Of a stretch of DNA of 64,000 nucleotides, positions 26,501 to 37,607 are shown one piece after another; the stretch's first letter is position 1, and each line of letters opens with the position of its first letter. The notes below the pieces were generated by a model. It was given only the letters and a program-made list of their open reading frames with translations, had not been told where the DNA came from and did no database searches. The position numbers and the translations under genes are program-made. The stretch is from contig NW_003526941.1 in the NCBI RefSeq assembly GCF_000181795.1, positions 7,760,120 to 7,824,119 on the forward strand, read 5' to 3'. The DNA comes from Trichinella spiralis. Taxonomy: Eukaryota.

Positions 26501-29500
26501 ATGCAAATAGTCGCATGAATTAAAATTTGACAAAAGTGACACATATTTGGCAGAAACAAAAAAAATACAATACAAGTGAACAAACATTTGGTAAAAATGA
26601 TGATGCTCATTCTGATCCATGAATAAAACGGCGTGACAAGCGAATAACTCGGGGTGCCAGTCTTTTCGAACAGATTGTTCAGATAGTATTTTGCCCTCGA
26701 TAAAATTACCAGCTAGTAGGATTGCTTGTCAATCAAATCCAATCAATCTGTCTCACATTCTGGAGCCAAAATCACTTTCGCGTTTTCCTGATGATCATCA
26801 TCACAAGAGCATCATTTTCCAAAGCAGAAAGCAGCAAGACCAGTAGTCAAAGAGCATTTTAAAATTAAGAAATCAAAAAATTTGCTTGCAAATGTAAATT
26901 TAAAATCAAATTATCGTAAAAACAAGCATAATCCGCTTGACAAATAGAGGACTGTCGATGAAAGATATAACATTCTCACATCGACCAATGCTCTTTTTTC
27001 AAAAAGCTGTTTAATGCTCTTAATTAGCCGGTCACCTGAATGAACAATAAACTTGATAAATTTTCTTAAACAGCAGCACAAAGCTGTCTGAGCTCTAAGT
27101 TATAAATATGCATTTCAAATGATAATTCTCTATTCATTAACTAAAATTACGTCAGAGAAATTAAGTTCCAAATTGTTCAATATCGATTAATCTGAAATCA
27201 ACTTAAATACACTATCAAAATTTTTACATACATACTGCAATTCGCTGTTTAAGTATTATTGACATGTCGAATGTATAATTTCACCGTAACACATTTACTT
27301 AAGCTTAGAAAAGCGTCAAAATGCTTACAAAATGTAAAATTGCATAAAATATAAATAGAAAATTACACATGAATGCATAGAAATTTACTCGCCTGGAAAG
27401 AAAATTCACTTACACACCACATTCAGAAATATACGCTGGGCATGAATTTTTAAAAATGGCAATTAATGTTCTTTGATTTTATTTGTGTGAAAAAAGATTT
27501 ATTTAATTCTCATCCAATGATAAATGAAATTCATAATTGGAACACCACCGGTGGTGACAAGTTCTCACTTTCTTTCAATTGAATTTCTTACAAAGCAAAA
27601 TTGATATAGCACAGCATTAATGTTGAACAAAGCAATAGCGGCAATATGTTGCCTATTTGAATTCATTCTCATCCATGTCGGCTATTCTGAAATCAATCTA
27701 TATTCACCTATGGGATTTTATATGATTTTCAAAGAAAACAATCTTTAAAAAAGTGCTCTTGAAATACTTGGTTTTACATTTTGCTATATTTTCATATATT
27801 TATACAGAAAAAATTCAGCCGTAAAAAATAATACTTCACAAATGCATAGAATTTATGCAACTAGAAATTCATCAATTATTTCTAATAAACGTCATTGTGC
27901 CACTTTCTTTTGTAATTTACTTTATTTTCAACTTATTTCTACATAATAAAATCTTTTATACAAATACATCTTCTTGAGAAGCTTATCAATGATAATTTTG
28001 CATAACTCTCAAAGCCATTATTGCGTACAGCGTTCTGCTGAAATGCACATCAGAAAGCTATTGAAAAACATATTGAAAGGCAGTTTTCTTCTAAATAGTG
28101 CAATTCACAGTTCAATATTGAAATTAAGTACAAGACGAGCATTTTTAAAAGTGGAAAAATAAATACTTTATACAGTTTGATGAAAAATGGAGATTTCAAT
28201 TTCAAATATCCCATCCTGTTTATTCATCACTAGATCATCAGCTAGAGAAATTCTTCAATTTAATGACATTTTAAAATACCATTTCAAAGAATTTTGGAAA
28301 GCAACAAAAATCACCAATTCCTCCAACTGACAACAAAAACTGATATTTAAATATATTGCTAAAAAGATATACTAAAAGTAGAACAAAAAACACCATTGCA
28401 AAAGACAATCGTTCATTCTCAGATATGCTTTAATACAATAACATAGCATGAGGAAAAAATTATGATGAAAAATGAAGGAAAAAAACACAAAACACCTTTC
28501 TGTTAAATACACTTGTTTCATTAATATCGTGTTAATGCTCGCGCAACAAATGCATTACTCATTTTCAATGACTATCCATATCTATGATTTCAGTTCTTCT
28601 ATTACAGTGTATTATGTATTGTATTGCATGGAATTAATTGCATCAAATGTAAATTAGCATTGATAAATTAAATTATGACGCAATTTGAAGAATGTCTCAC
28701 CAAATTTATTGAAATATTATTAACTCGAAAATAGGATTTGAAACACTGCCGACTAATTTGGTGCAGTAAATTATTCCACTAAATCAATGCTTCATAAATT
28801 TCAATAAAATCAATACACAGCTATAATAGTTTTCACTCCATTAAGATGCAATTGCTAATGAAAGAAAGAGTTGCTGTTTATTCAACTCACAAATTACAGG
28901 TCTCCCTATTTACCGCTTTCTTAGACCAAATTGGCAGATTATACATTGCTCATCTTACAAAAAAATAGTAGGGTCAATTTTTCATTCTAAAGAGTAAATT
29001 CACTTAAAGCCGAAATTCTGACAATAATACCAGAAATACAATTTTATGCACAAAACTATAAAAATTATTGCAATTGCAAATTCATATATGCAAACATGCC
29101 AAAATACTAATTTCACTGATGTGAAGCAACAGTTGAAAAAGATTGTCGTAAACAGCGGTTATAAAGTCATTTGTTTTGAATATTGTTTGTTAAAAGTAAC
29201 AAATTATGCTATGCAAAATTTCAGTTTTATGAATTCCAGTAAATTAGACTAGTAAACAGGAGGATTTGTACTTGATCCGTTCCAAACGATCAGAAAGGCT
29301 TTACGTGCAAATTATAAAAGTGAAGCTCATGCTTGACGTGCACGTGTATTTCAATAACGTCATAAAATGGTGTGCAACGAATGAATGGAGGATGGATGGA
29401 AACAGAAGAACAAAGAAGACGGGCTGCAAAGCACTGCCCATTCCCTTTGGAAGGCATTTGTTCATGGTGATCATGATGTTTCTACTTAGTTGGAGGCAAT

Positions 29501-32500
29501 CAAGTGACGCATCTCAGCTTGACGAATTCTCTTCACGAGCTCAAGGCAAGCTTTGGATCAACCAATTCGAACAATTGTCCATTCAAAACTGACAAAGCGT
29601 ATAGAGCCAATTGCTCAGGGGGTTGTGAGCCTGTCCATTGGCTTAGGAAACAGTAAACAAAAACGATTCATCCAGTCGTACACATCAGCTAACCATACTG
29701 CCAACAATCTCTGCTCTAGAAAAGTGGGCGTTGTTTACAATTACTAATAATCCATTTCGTGTCCAGAATTATTGATTGACAGTCTTCCAGACAGATCGAC
29801 TCAGTTCTTTCTGCATGTCCATCTCTCTGCAGTAGAACTTTGATTCAATTGTATTTTACCGATTGGTCAACTGTTGTTGTGAACCAATTTAGTCGAAATG
29901 TAATTGCACCACAGCAACAATGGTCATTTCACTCAACAATGGCATTTTTCCAATGACACTGATTAAACGAGTCGATAATAAATAATTATACACCACTCAT
30001 TGAATGACCACTGGACATGCAAAGGTAAAAAGCCCGTCATGCTTGGAGAAGCGTAAAAGATGCCGTCGCTTCATGTAACCCCTCTCTTTGCATACTGAAT
30101 AAATATTATCGAAAACACTGGTCAGGCTAAGCGTCTGAATTCAGCTTGGCTTAGATTAATTAATGGAATGACGCTTTCAATAAAACGTCGAAACAGTGCC
30201 TCTAGTGTCAAAACAAGAACTTCGGCAAACAATTTGGAGCAGATTTGATGGAGCGTCGACTTCTCGCATGGCAAAAGATCCGCTTAATTACAAAGAAAAA
30301 AGTTTCCAACTACTCTTCCCTACATTATGCCTATACATCCTGCCTGCACAGCGGCTGAATTTTCCAAAAAAAAATTCTTTTCACATCATTATTCTACTTT
30401 CACTACTTTTACCAACATTATTATACAATTAAGCTCTACAATTTTAGCTAAACCAATTTTTTCTTTCCTGTTTTTTTTGCTAAATTATTTCAGATTAAAA
30501 TATTCAGACAAAACAATATACTGTTGTAGTAAGAAATTTGGCGGAAATTAATGGAGAAAATTCAAATGCAGCAAATTATACAATTGAAAAGAACAGAAAA
30601 ATCAAATTCATAATAATGGATAATGAAATAGAAATTTGAATTTTTTAAAAAAGTGCAGTTGAATAGCACGCGTAGCGCACACATTTGAATAGCTCACAAA
30701 AAGAGCGGCCAGAAAGCATGAAAAGGTAGTCAACACAAAAATCAATTCATCTTAAGCTACATCAAGACAGCACTTTATGCAAGTATGAAAAACATGAAAA
30801 TATTATAAAATCAATAAATCACAAAGTGTAAATTAATAATCAGTTGGCCAAGATGAAATTTCCACACGCATTTTAAAAACACTCACAAGTTATAAAATTC
30901 GTGCACAATTATTTCAAACTTTTTACAGCCACTGTCAGAAAATTACGTGCACAGATTGATTCCTACACTTCCTCCTATAAAGCCGCTTGCCACAAATTTC
31001 TGTTACATTAAATTTCATCATTCGTCTGTTGTACAAATTCACACAATCACGGAAATGTAGTGTTCAGTTTTACCAACATTTATTTATTCACTAAGCAATA
31101 AACTCAATTAGGCTCAAATACACTGAAGCAGTTTGCGCAGGCTCAGGACATTGCAACTAATCTATTGAAATTTTAATTAATCAAATTGACATCGTCTACA
31201 TTATATCAGTAGATATTGTAAAAGAAAGACCTAAATTACAAATATCTCCAATCTTGCTGCACCCGGTGTTTTCTTCACTGAAATTGTTCAATGTGCAACT
31301 ATAGCTGAGTGATATGTTTTCCAATTAATAGAAGCAACAACACAAGAACATCAACTACAGAAAAAAAGAAATTACTCCCTTGCGTTGTATGGAATTCATG
31401 AAATATGCAAGCAATAAATACAATTTTAAAATGCAATACATTCTATAAATAAACTTCAATTAATTGCCCAAGTTCGAAAATAATATCAACCGATAAAATG
31501 ATGCACATTTGAAACTTTATTCATTAAAAAAAGTCTCTTCATTGCAAAGTTACAACATCAGTGCTATTTTATTTATTGTTTCCTGCAGACTCCAATGATG
31601 CCCGACTACCAAGACGTCACATTAAAACATTTTAGCAGAGCAAAAAAGTCTTAATGCATACTTAAAGACTTATCCAATTGACTATTTGACGGCTTTTCAA
31701 TAAATCACCTTAAGCAATTTGCCTCAGAATTTAAACTGCTGATAAAGAATGTCGAAAATCATAATATTTGCATAATGCGACCCATGAACATATTTACCGC
31801 ACTAAGTTAATAAAGTTAGTTGTATGAAAACTGCCGAATACTGTGCGCGTTAATTTTGCTGCAACTATGCAAAAGAAAATTTTTGAGAAAACCAGAAAAA
31901 CATCAAAACCTAAGATTGAAAGCGTCAAAGTAAAACTCAATCCTGACAATCAAGCAAACAAGAAAACCGAAAATATTCACTCAAAATTCATATTGCATTA
32001 AAGTGGAGATTTAAAAAAATAACATGAATTTGAATAATTTGGTTCAAAATAGTGAAAATTTGCTTACCTGATTAAATGCAATTGTTGAAACAATTTGATC
32101 GAAGACATTCGACGAGTTTCAGCGCACATTTATAATAGTAGTGGTGGTAATCGTGAACTACCTGATCAATTTAATCACTTTTTCCATCAGCGACGTTGAA
32201 CGCTGACCAATCAAACGCAAACTCTGCCTTGTCGTCATCGATCTTGCCCAAGATTACAAGCCACTGGTCACTGCTTATCTCAAATCAGCACCTACAACAA
32301 ACACAGTCAATTATTACTCTTATTTAAAATTAATTCATTCTTCTGCATCAAAGTACAAATAATACAACCTTTTACAACAAACCTGTCGTCGTATCAAATT
32401 GCATCAACACCTAATACAATCAGTCAATTATAACGGTATTTGAAATTTCATCAAACGTGTCAACTGCTGACAGTGATTTGAAAATTCAACATAGTCAATA

Positions 32501-33873
32501 AATAATATGACTTATTTATTCATTGAATACGTCAAATATCAGGTAAAAAAAGTGACAACAGGTGAAAGTTCGCGATGGCAAAAATCGTGGAAAATTATTA
32601 TTATTATTATTAACAAAAAACTTACATATTTAATAATACCAGTGATTAAATGACAGTACTGACGTTGAAACAAAACGGAAGCAACAGTTTATCAAAAACA
32701 TAAAAAAGCAAATTTGAGCGGCAATTTTTGAAACAGAGACAATCAATTACAAAAAGTTGTCAAAATGATCTTCAAGTTTCAAAAATTCAAAACAAAATTT
32801 GAAATCATTTGAAAAAGATGGTCAATCAAAATAATTATTAAATTCTACATTTTTTCATGTTAATTAATGTGATATTTCCCACTTCATTATTAAAAAGTTT
32901 ACAAATTTTAAAATAGTATGCTTCGCAGTGGTTAACTGAAAATCATCATTTCAAAATTTCACTAGATAATTTGACTGAAAAAAATAAAATTGATACTGAA
33001 TAAATTGTCACAATTTTCAATTATTTGGCCATTATGAAAAAACAATTGAATAATTGTTTAAAAAAATCGTAACTTATGCAAATTTCAAATAAGAATTTCA
33101 TAAATTTATCAAATAGTGACTTACTGTATCGATAAAATTCAATTTTAATTAATACAGCATGCAATTCCACATTTTACAACTTGAAATACTATAATTAAAC
33201 TGAACTTGACTAATTATAAAATAACTTTAAATATCCACGTTTATTTTTGTAAATGAATAAAACATTATCTAATCGTCAACCAAAATGACATCGGCTAAAA
33301 TTAAATTTTCTCCATAAATACATCACTATTTGAATGTTTTCATGTATTAATTAAAACAGTTGTCGGCAATTTCTTTGATACATACTATTAGCACACATTT
33401 TTCAATATTTTGCAGGTATTCCTGGAACAGTTAAAATAAAAAGCAGCATTAATACAAGCACAAAAATCACAATTACGGAACGATGAATATAAATTATCTA
33501 TCATTAGGGTGCAATAATAAGCGAATAAATTACAAATTAACCCGTTGCCATGTCCAATGCGCTGTGATCGGCCTGCTGAAACTGACACGCCAACAGCAAA
33601 ATCTAAATTTAAACTAACTTAATCAGCACGAAGATCAATATGATCTGCTTTGAAAGAATAAGCGTGCAATAAAATATGAACTCTATCCGAAGACTGACGA
33701 AATACTGCTTCTTTTTTTAACACGAAATAACGCATTTCAAATATTTTTAACTATTGAACATTTAAATACAATTAACTTGCAATAAGACTGACTATTCAAA
33801 AGATAATATTTTTTCCTTCATACCTACTTCATTTTGCGTGCCAGATCAACACATCAGGTAACAAACTGCAGCA

Positions 33874-34296
33874 TTATCTTTTGAAAGCAACAGTGAGCTG
33901 ATCAACTTGAGTAATAAATAAGCTCCTAAAAAACTGTGAAAAGAATTCTCGCAAAAGTATAAGAAAACTTACTCAGAACCGTGTTCTAGTAGCACTTTCG
34001 GTTTATCTCCGTTGTTTGGATCTAATGTGCAGGCAAGGTGATACAGACGAGTAATTTCTGCTGTGTTTTTGTTAGTTAAATCTCCATTAGCTAAACATGT
34101 GAAAAGTTAGAAAAAAAGAAAAAACAGTCTGATATTCACCAATTACCAGCGACACATAAACCTTGCTGATCCGCGCAAAGGCAACCAGTGATGCCATGGC
34201 TTCCACAACTAATGTATAAAAATGAAAAATAAAATATTTTAATCACAGATTTATTACTTACATTTCCGAAAATTTTTCCAAAAATAGTTTCTCCAT
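33874..34296 (-). CDS. LAMTOR5: Ragulator complex subunit LAMTOR5/HBXIP homolog, 88 aa, 4 exons
   Basis: Exons 34296-34262, 34208-34147, 34090-33973, 33925-33874; all GT-AG and phase-consistent (267 nt). Protein: MEKLFLEKFSEICGSHGITGCLCADQQGLCVAANGDLTNKNTAEITRLYHLACTLDPNNGDKPKVLLEHGSESLFITQVDQLTVAFKR. It matches the remembered LAMTOR5 pattern (GVLCTDSQGL..GCRGTL...P.V.LE...ITVAVHK) and length (~90 aa). Confidence 0.88.
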
Positions 34297-34979
34297 ACTT
34301 GAACTAGAAATAGAAAAAGTTAAACGTATTATTTACATTCATTATCGAACAACTTCTTCTGATGAAGCATTTCATTCCATCCTAACTAACAAAAACAAAC
34401 TATGCACATTTTTGCTCTTGTTAATGAAAAATTTCTGAAAAACAAAAAATATTTTCCTAATTTCTGACGCAATAATTAATCATAACACATCTTTATCAAG
34501 CAGATGAATTGACGTTGCATTGACGAAATTTTTCGAATTCAGTAAAAAAACTTTTATAATTCAAAATTATTTTTCTTGAACGTAAATAATCACACAAATC
34601 ATCACGAAAAAGCAAAATGATTACAAATTAACAAATTACTCTGTTTCATCTCTTATATTACTGTAAATCAACAGCATAAGAATATATTGAAAATCAAGAA
34701 TTAATCACCAATAATTTAAATTATTCGTATTTCTAATTCAAATTACATAAATAAATAAATAAATAAAAATAAATAAATATATAAATATATATATACATAT
34801 ATATTTGTATATTTTCAAAATTTGTGGTTATGTAAGATAACGGTTACTACTTTGATCTTGATTACATCTTACTGTAAATTATTGTTACGAGTCATAAAGT
34901 AAATTTTGTGGCAAATTTTTAAATTCGCCTAGCATTATTGAAAAAATCGCAAAACTTATTCCTACTTTTTATAGGTAAA
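34297..34979. promoter_or_regulatory. Probable bidirectional promoter and 5' regions of LAMTOR5 and DAD1
   Basis: The two head-to-head start codons are separated by only 683 bp, and each ATG has an acceptor-like AG 5-7 nt upstream (trans-splice site or 5'UTR intron). Confidence 0.5.
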
Positions 34980-35315
34980 ATGCAGTTTCTGCCCGTAGTA
35001 AAAAGCCTTTTAACAGAATACAAGAAGTCGACGCCGATACGTTTGAAACTGATCGATGCGTACATGTTATGTATTTTATGGACTGGCATTATCCAGTTTA
35101 TATATTGCTGCATTGTGGGCACATTTCCATTTAACAGCTTCTTGGCTGGTTTCATTTCCTGCGTAGCATCGTTTGTGCTTGCATGTTCGTTAAGAATCCA
35201 AGTGAATCCACAGAACAGGCAGCAGTTTCCTGGAATCAGTCAAGAAAGAGCATTCGCGGATTTTATTTTTGCACATGTTATCTTACATTTGGTGGTAATC
35301 AACTTTATTGGCTGA
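34980..35315 (+). CDS. dad-1: Dolichyl-diphosphooligosaccharide-protein glycosyltransferase subunit DAD1/OST2, 111 aa, intronless CDS
   Basis: Diagnostic DAD1 sequence: [10 protein letters not shown]...[28 protein letters not shown]...LRIQVNP...[24 protein letters not shown] at 34980 follows an acceptor-like TTTTTATAG ending at 34974. Confidence 0.96.
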   Translation: MQFLPVVKSLLTEYKKSTPIRLKLIDAYMLCILWTGIIQFIYCCIVGTFPFNSFLAGFISCVASFVLACSLRIQVNPQNRQQFPGISQERAFADFIFAHVILHLVVINFIG

Positions 35316-35551
35316 TACCAGTCGATAGGTCTTTGGTAATATGTGTGCTTTCTTAAAGCTTTGGCGAATTAAAACGAAGAATATACTTTGTTACACTTGT
35401 TGTGTACTTTTATGTTTTCCCTATTACTTTTATGGACTCTTTCAACAGTTTTATTTCAGTTAACAGCGATCAGTAACATGCGGCATGAAACAAACAAACA
35501 ATGATAATTACACAAAACGTTCAACCTATAATAATTGAAAATTTGTGAGAT

Positions 35552-37050
35552 CTATTCAACGCAAGACTGCACTAGCTCGTTGAATGCACACGGTTGATCT
35601 GCATAAACGTGATGACCCGCAGCACGTACAATCTAAACAAAGATTTTTAGTACTGATAGATGTGTAGATTTTTCAAATCTGCTGGCATACTTCAACTCGA
35701 ACTGAAGTTTTGTTGCTCAACAATTTTTGGATAGTAATTCCAGGTTTTTGGTCAACCCATGAACGACTTCCATGTCTAAGTTATAATATTGTATTTTCAA
35801 ATACAATTTTCACAGCTTTTACAAATATGATTTCTTACATAAATGTGATTGGTATATTTCGGGACATCAATGGAAGACGCTTGACCATTGGTCGTTTGGC
35901 CCATCCAAAAGGAACAGATATTGATCGAAATGCCGATTCACCACTGAAAATAAAATTTCAATGTGCAGTGCAAAAATGAAATTAAGAAATAAATATTCAC
36001 GTTGGTTCGGGCATGTTGATGAGATATAAATAACTGTAAAGCAATCGCTGCATTTTTTCATGTTCAAAATACTTTGTTCCTATGTCTGGCCGTAGTTTGC
36101 GAATGAGAGACGGAGCTAAAAATCAAAATCATGTTAAATATTCACATAAAAATTTCAGCAGTATTCACCTGCAGGACCAACTAAACGAATAAGTGACAAC
36201 GGATTGCACGAGTTGAAAAATCCTGTTATAGAACTTATCCACATTGGTGTAGAGTTTGATGATTCCCGTTCGTCAGGTTTTTCAGCAAAGCCCCAAGGAT
36301 CAACTAACAGCAAGTGGTTTACGTGGGTTGGATATTCAAGAACATAAGCAGCAGCTAGATATCCACCTGCAATAAGCAAAGCGCTATCAAGCATTCATCA
36401 GATTCAAACAATGACTGATGAGAAAATGTTAAACATTATTCTATTATAATACCAAAAGCATGACCCAATAGATAAAAATTTTTCAGTTTCATAAAACGTC
36501 TCCAATCTTCAATAGATTTAATCCACATATTTTCTGCTGCGACACTGTCTTGAGAAAATTGGATTCGACTTGAACGACCAAAACCTGCAAGTTGAAAAAT
36601 ATTTTACCCATTCCTAAAATGAAATAAACCTTTACCAAGCAAGTCTAACGAATAAACAACCCGTTTTTCGGAAAGAGCTTCAAAATTTTTCAGCCACATC
36701 ACTGAACCACTACCAAAGCCGTGTAAAAGTACCATGGGAGGACGAGCAAAATAATCGTGATCCGCTTCATTTTTACAAACGGTCACTGTCCAAAGATGAG
36801 CCTGGCCATCAAGAACTGGTATAAACTGACATCTGACAGAAGCATTTAATTCTGAGTACAAAAAAAGTACAACATTAAATTTGCATGAGAAAATTACTTC
36901 GAAACCAAAAATTAATAAATCCTAACCAGTATAAAGTCGAGCTTCAATATTTTCTAAAGTATTGCTAACCATACCGTTCAACAGCATATCAGTGACGTAA
37001 CGAAAATAATTATAACTGTTCAAAATCAAATTCAAGTTAAAGAACTGCAT
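35552..37050 (-). CDS. ABHD4/ABHD5 (CGI-58-like) alpha/beta hydrolase-fold protein, ~351 aa, 8 exons
   Basis: Exons 37050-36927, 36851-36636, 36584-36453, 36366-36169, 36115-36001, 35943-35839, 35775-35691, 35632-35552; all GT-AG, phase-consistent, 1056 nt. Motifs: PMVLLHGFGSG, DLLGFGRSSR, LLGHAFGGYL, LVDPWGF, PTGESAF, GWAKRPM, HGSRSW, AGHHVYADQP (HX4D). The start codon is the least certain part. Confidence 0.92.
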
Positions 37051-37566
37051 AAATTCAAAGAATCATCTAAACTATCGCCATATCCAACTTGCTTGTTTGC
37101 CAACGAATTTTGCTTCATACAGTAAACAAATTAAATTACTGATAAGTAAGCATCAATAGATTAGCAATTATTACACACGCTAATAATCAGTCAGGCATAA
37201 GATAGAACGCAGAGCCTATAATTTAAATCTGAAATTTTACAAAAATATTAAATTTCCACGAATTATCATAGAACTAAGGCGCGTCCATCACTTGGAAGGC
37301 ATGAATAACAGTAAATTAAATTAGATTTGCCTAAATCTGACTAGAATACTAAAAAATTATTAAGGAAACGAAATAATAAATCAAGAAGCATTTTTTTTCT
37401 TCGACTTTTCTCAACAATAATAGTTTTTGCATCAAGCATGACTTACTTTATTGTTCAACTGATGATAGAAAAGGTTCATGTGTTATGTTTATGCATATGA
37501 ATATTAAAATCTTCTATTTGCAGAAATTGTTCTGAACTAAAAGCAGAGTTCATAATAAATAAATAA

Positions 37567-37570
<4 letters not shown>

Positions 37571-37605
<35 letters not shown>
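37571..37605. repeat. (AT)n microsatellite
   Basis: About 17 tandem AT units, preceded by (AAAT)n. Confidence 0.9.

Positions 37606-37607
<2 letters not shown>

Noticed and set aside
34919..35155. Antisense ORF over DAD1, and the upstream TTG start of DAD1 at 34938
   Set aside because: The antisense ORF is a shadow; DAD1 homology and length fit the ATG at 34980.
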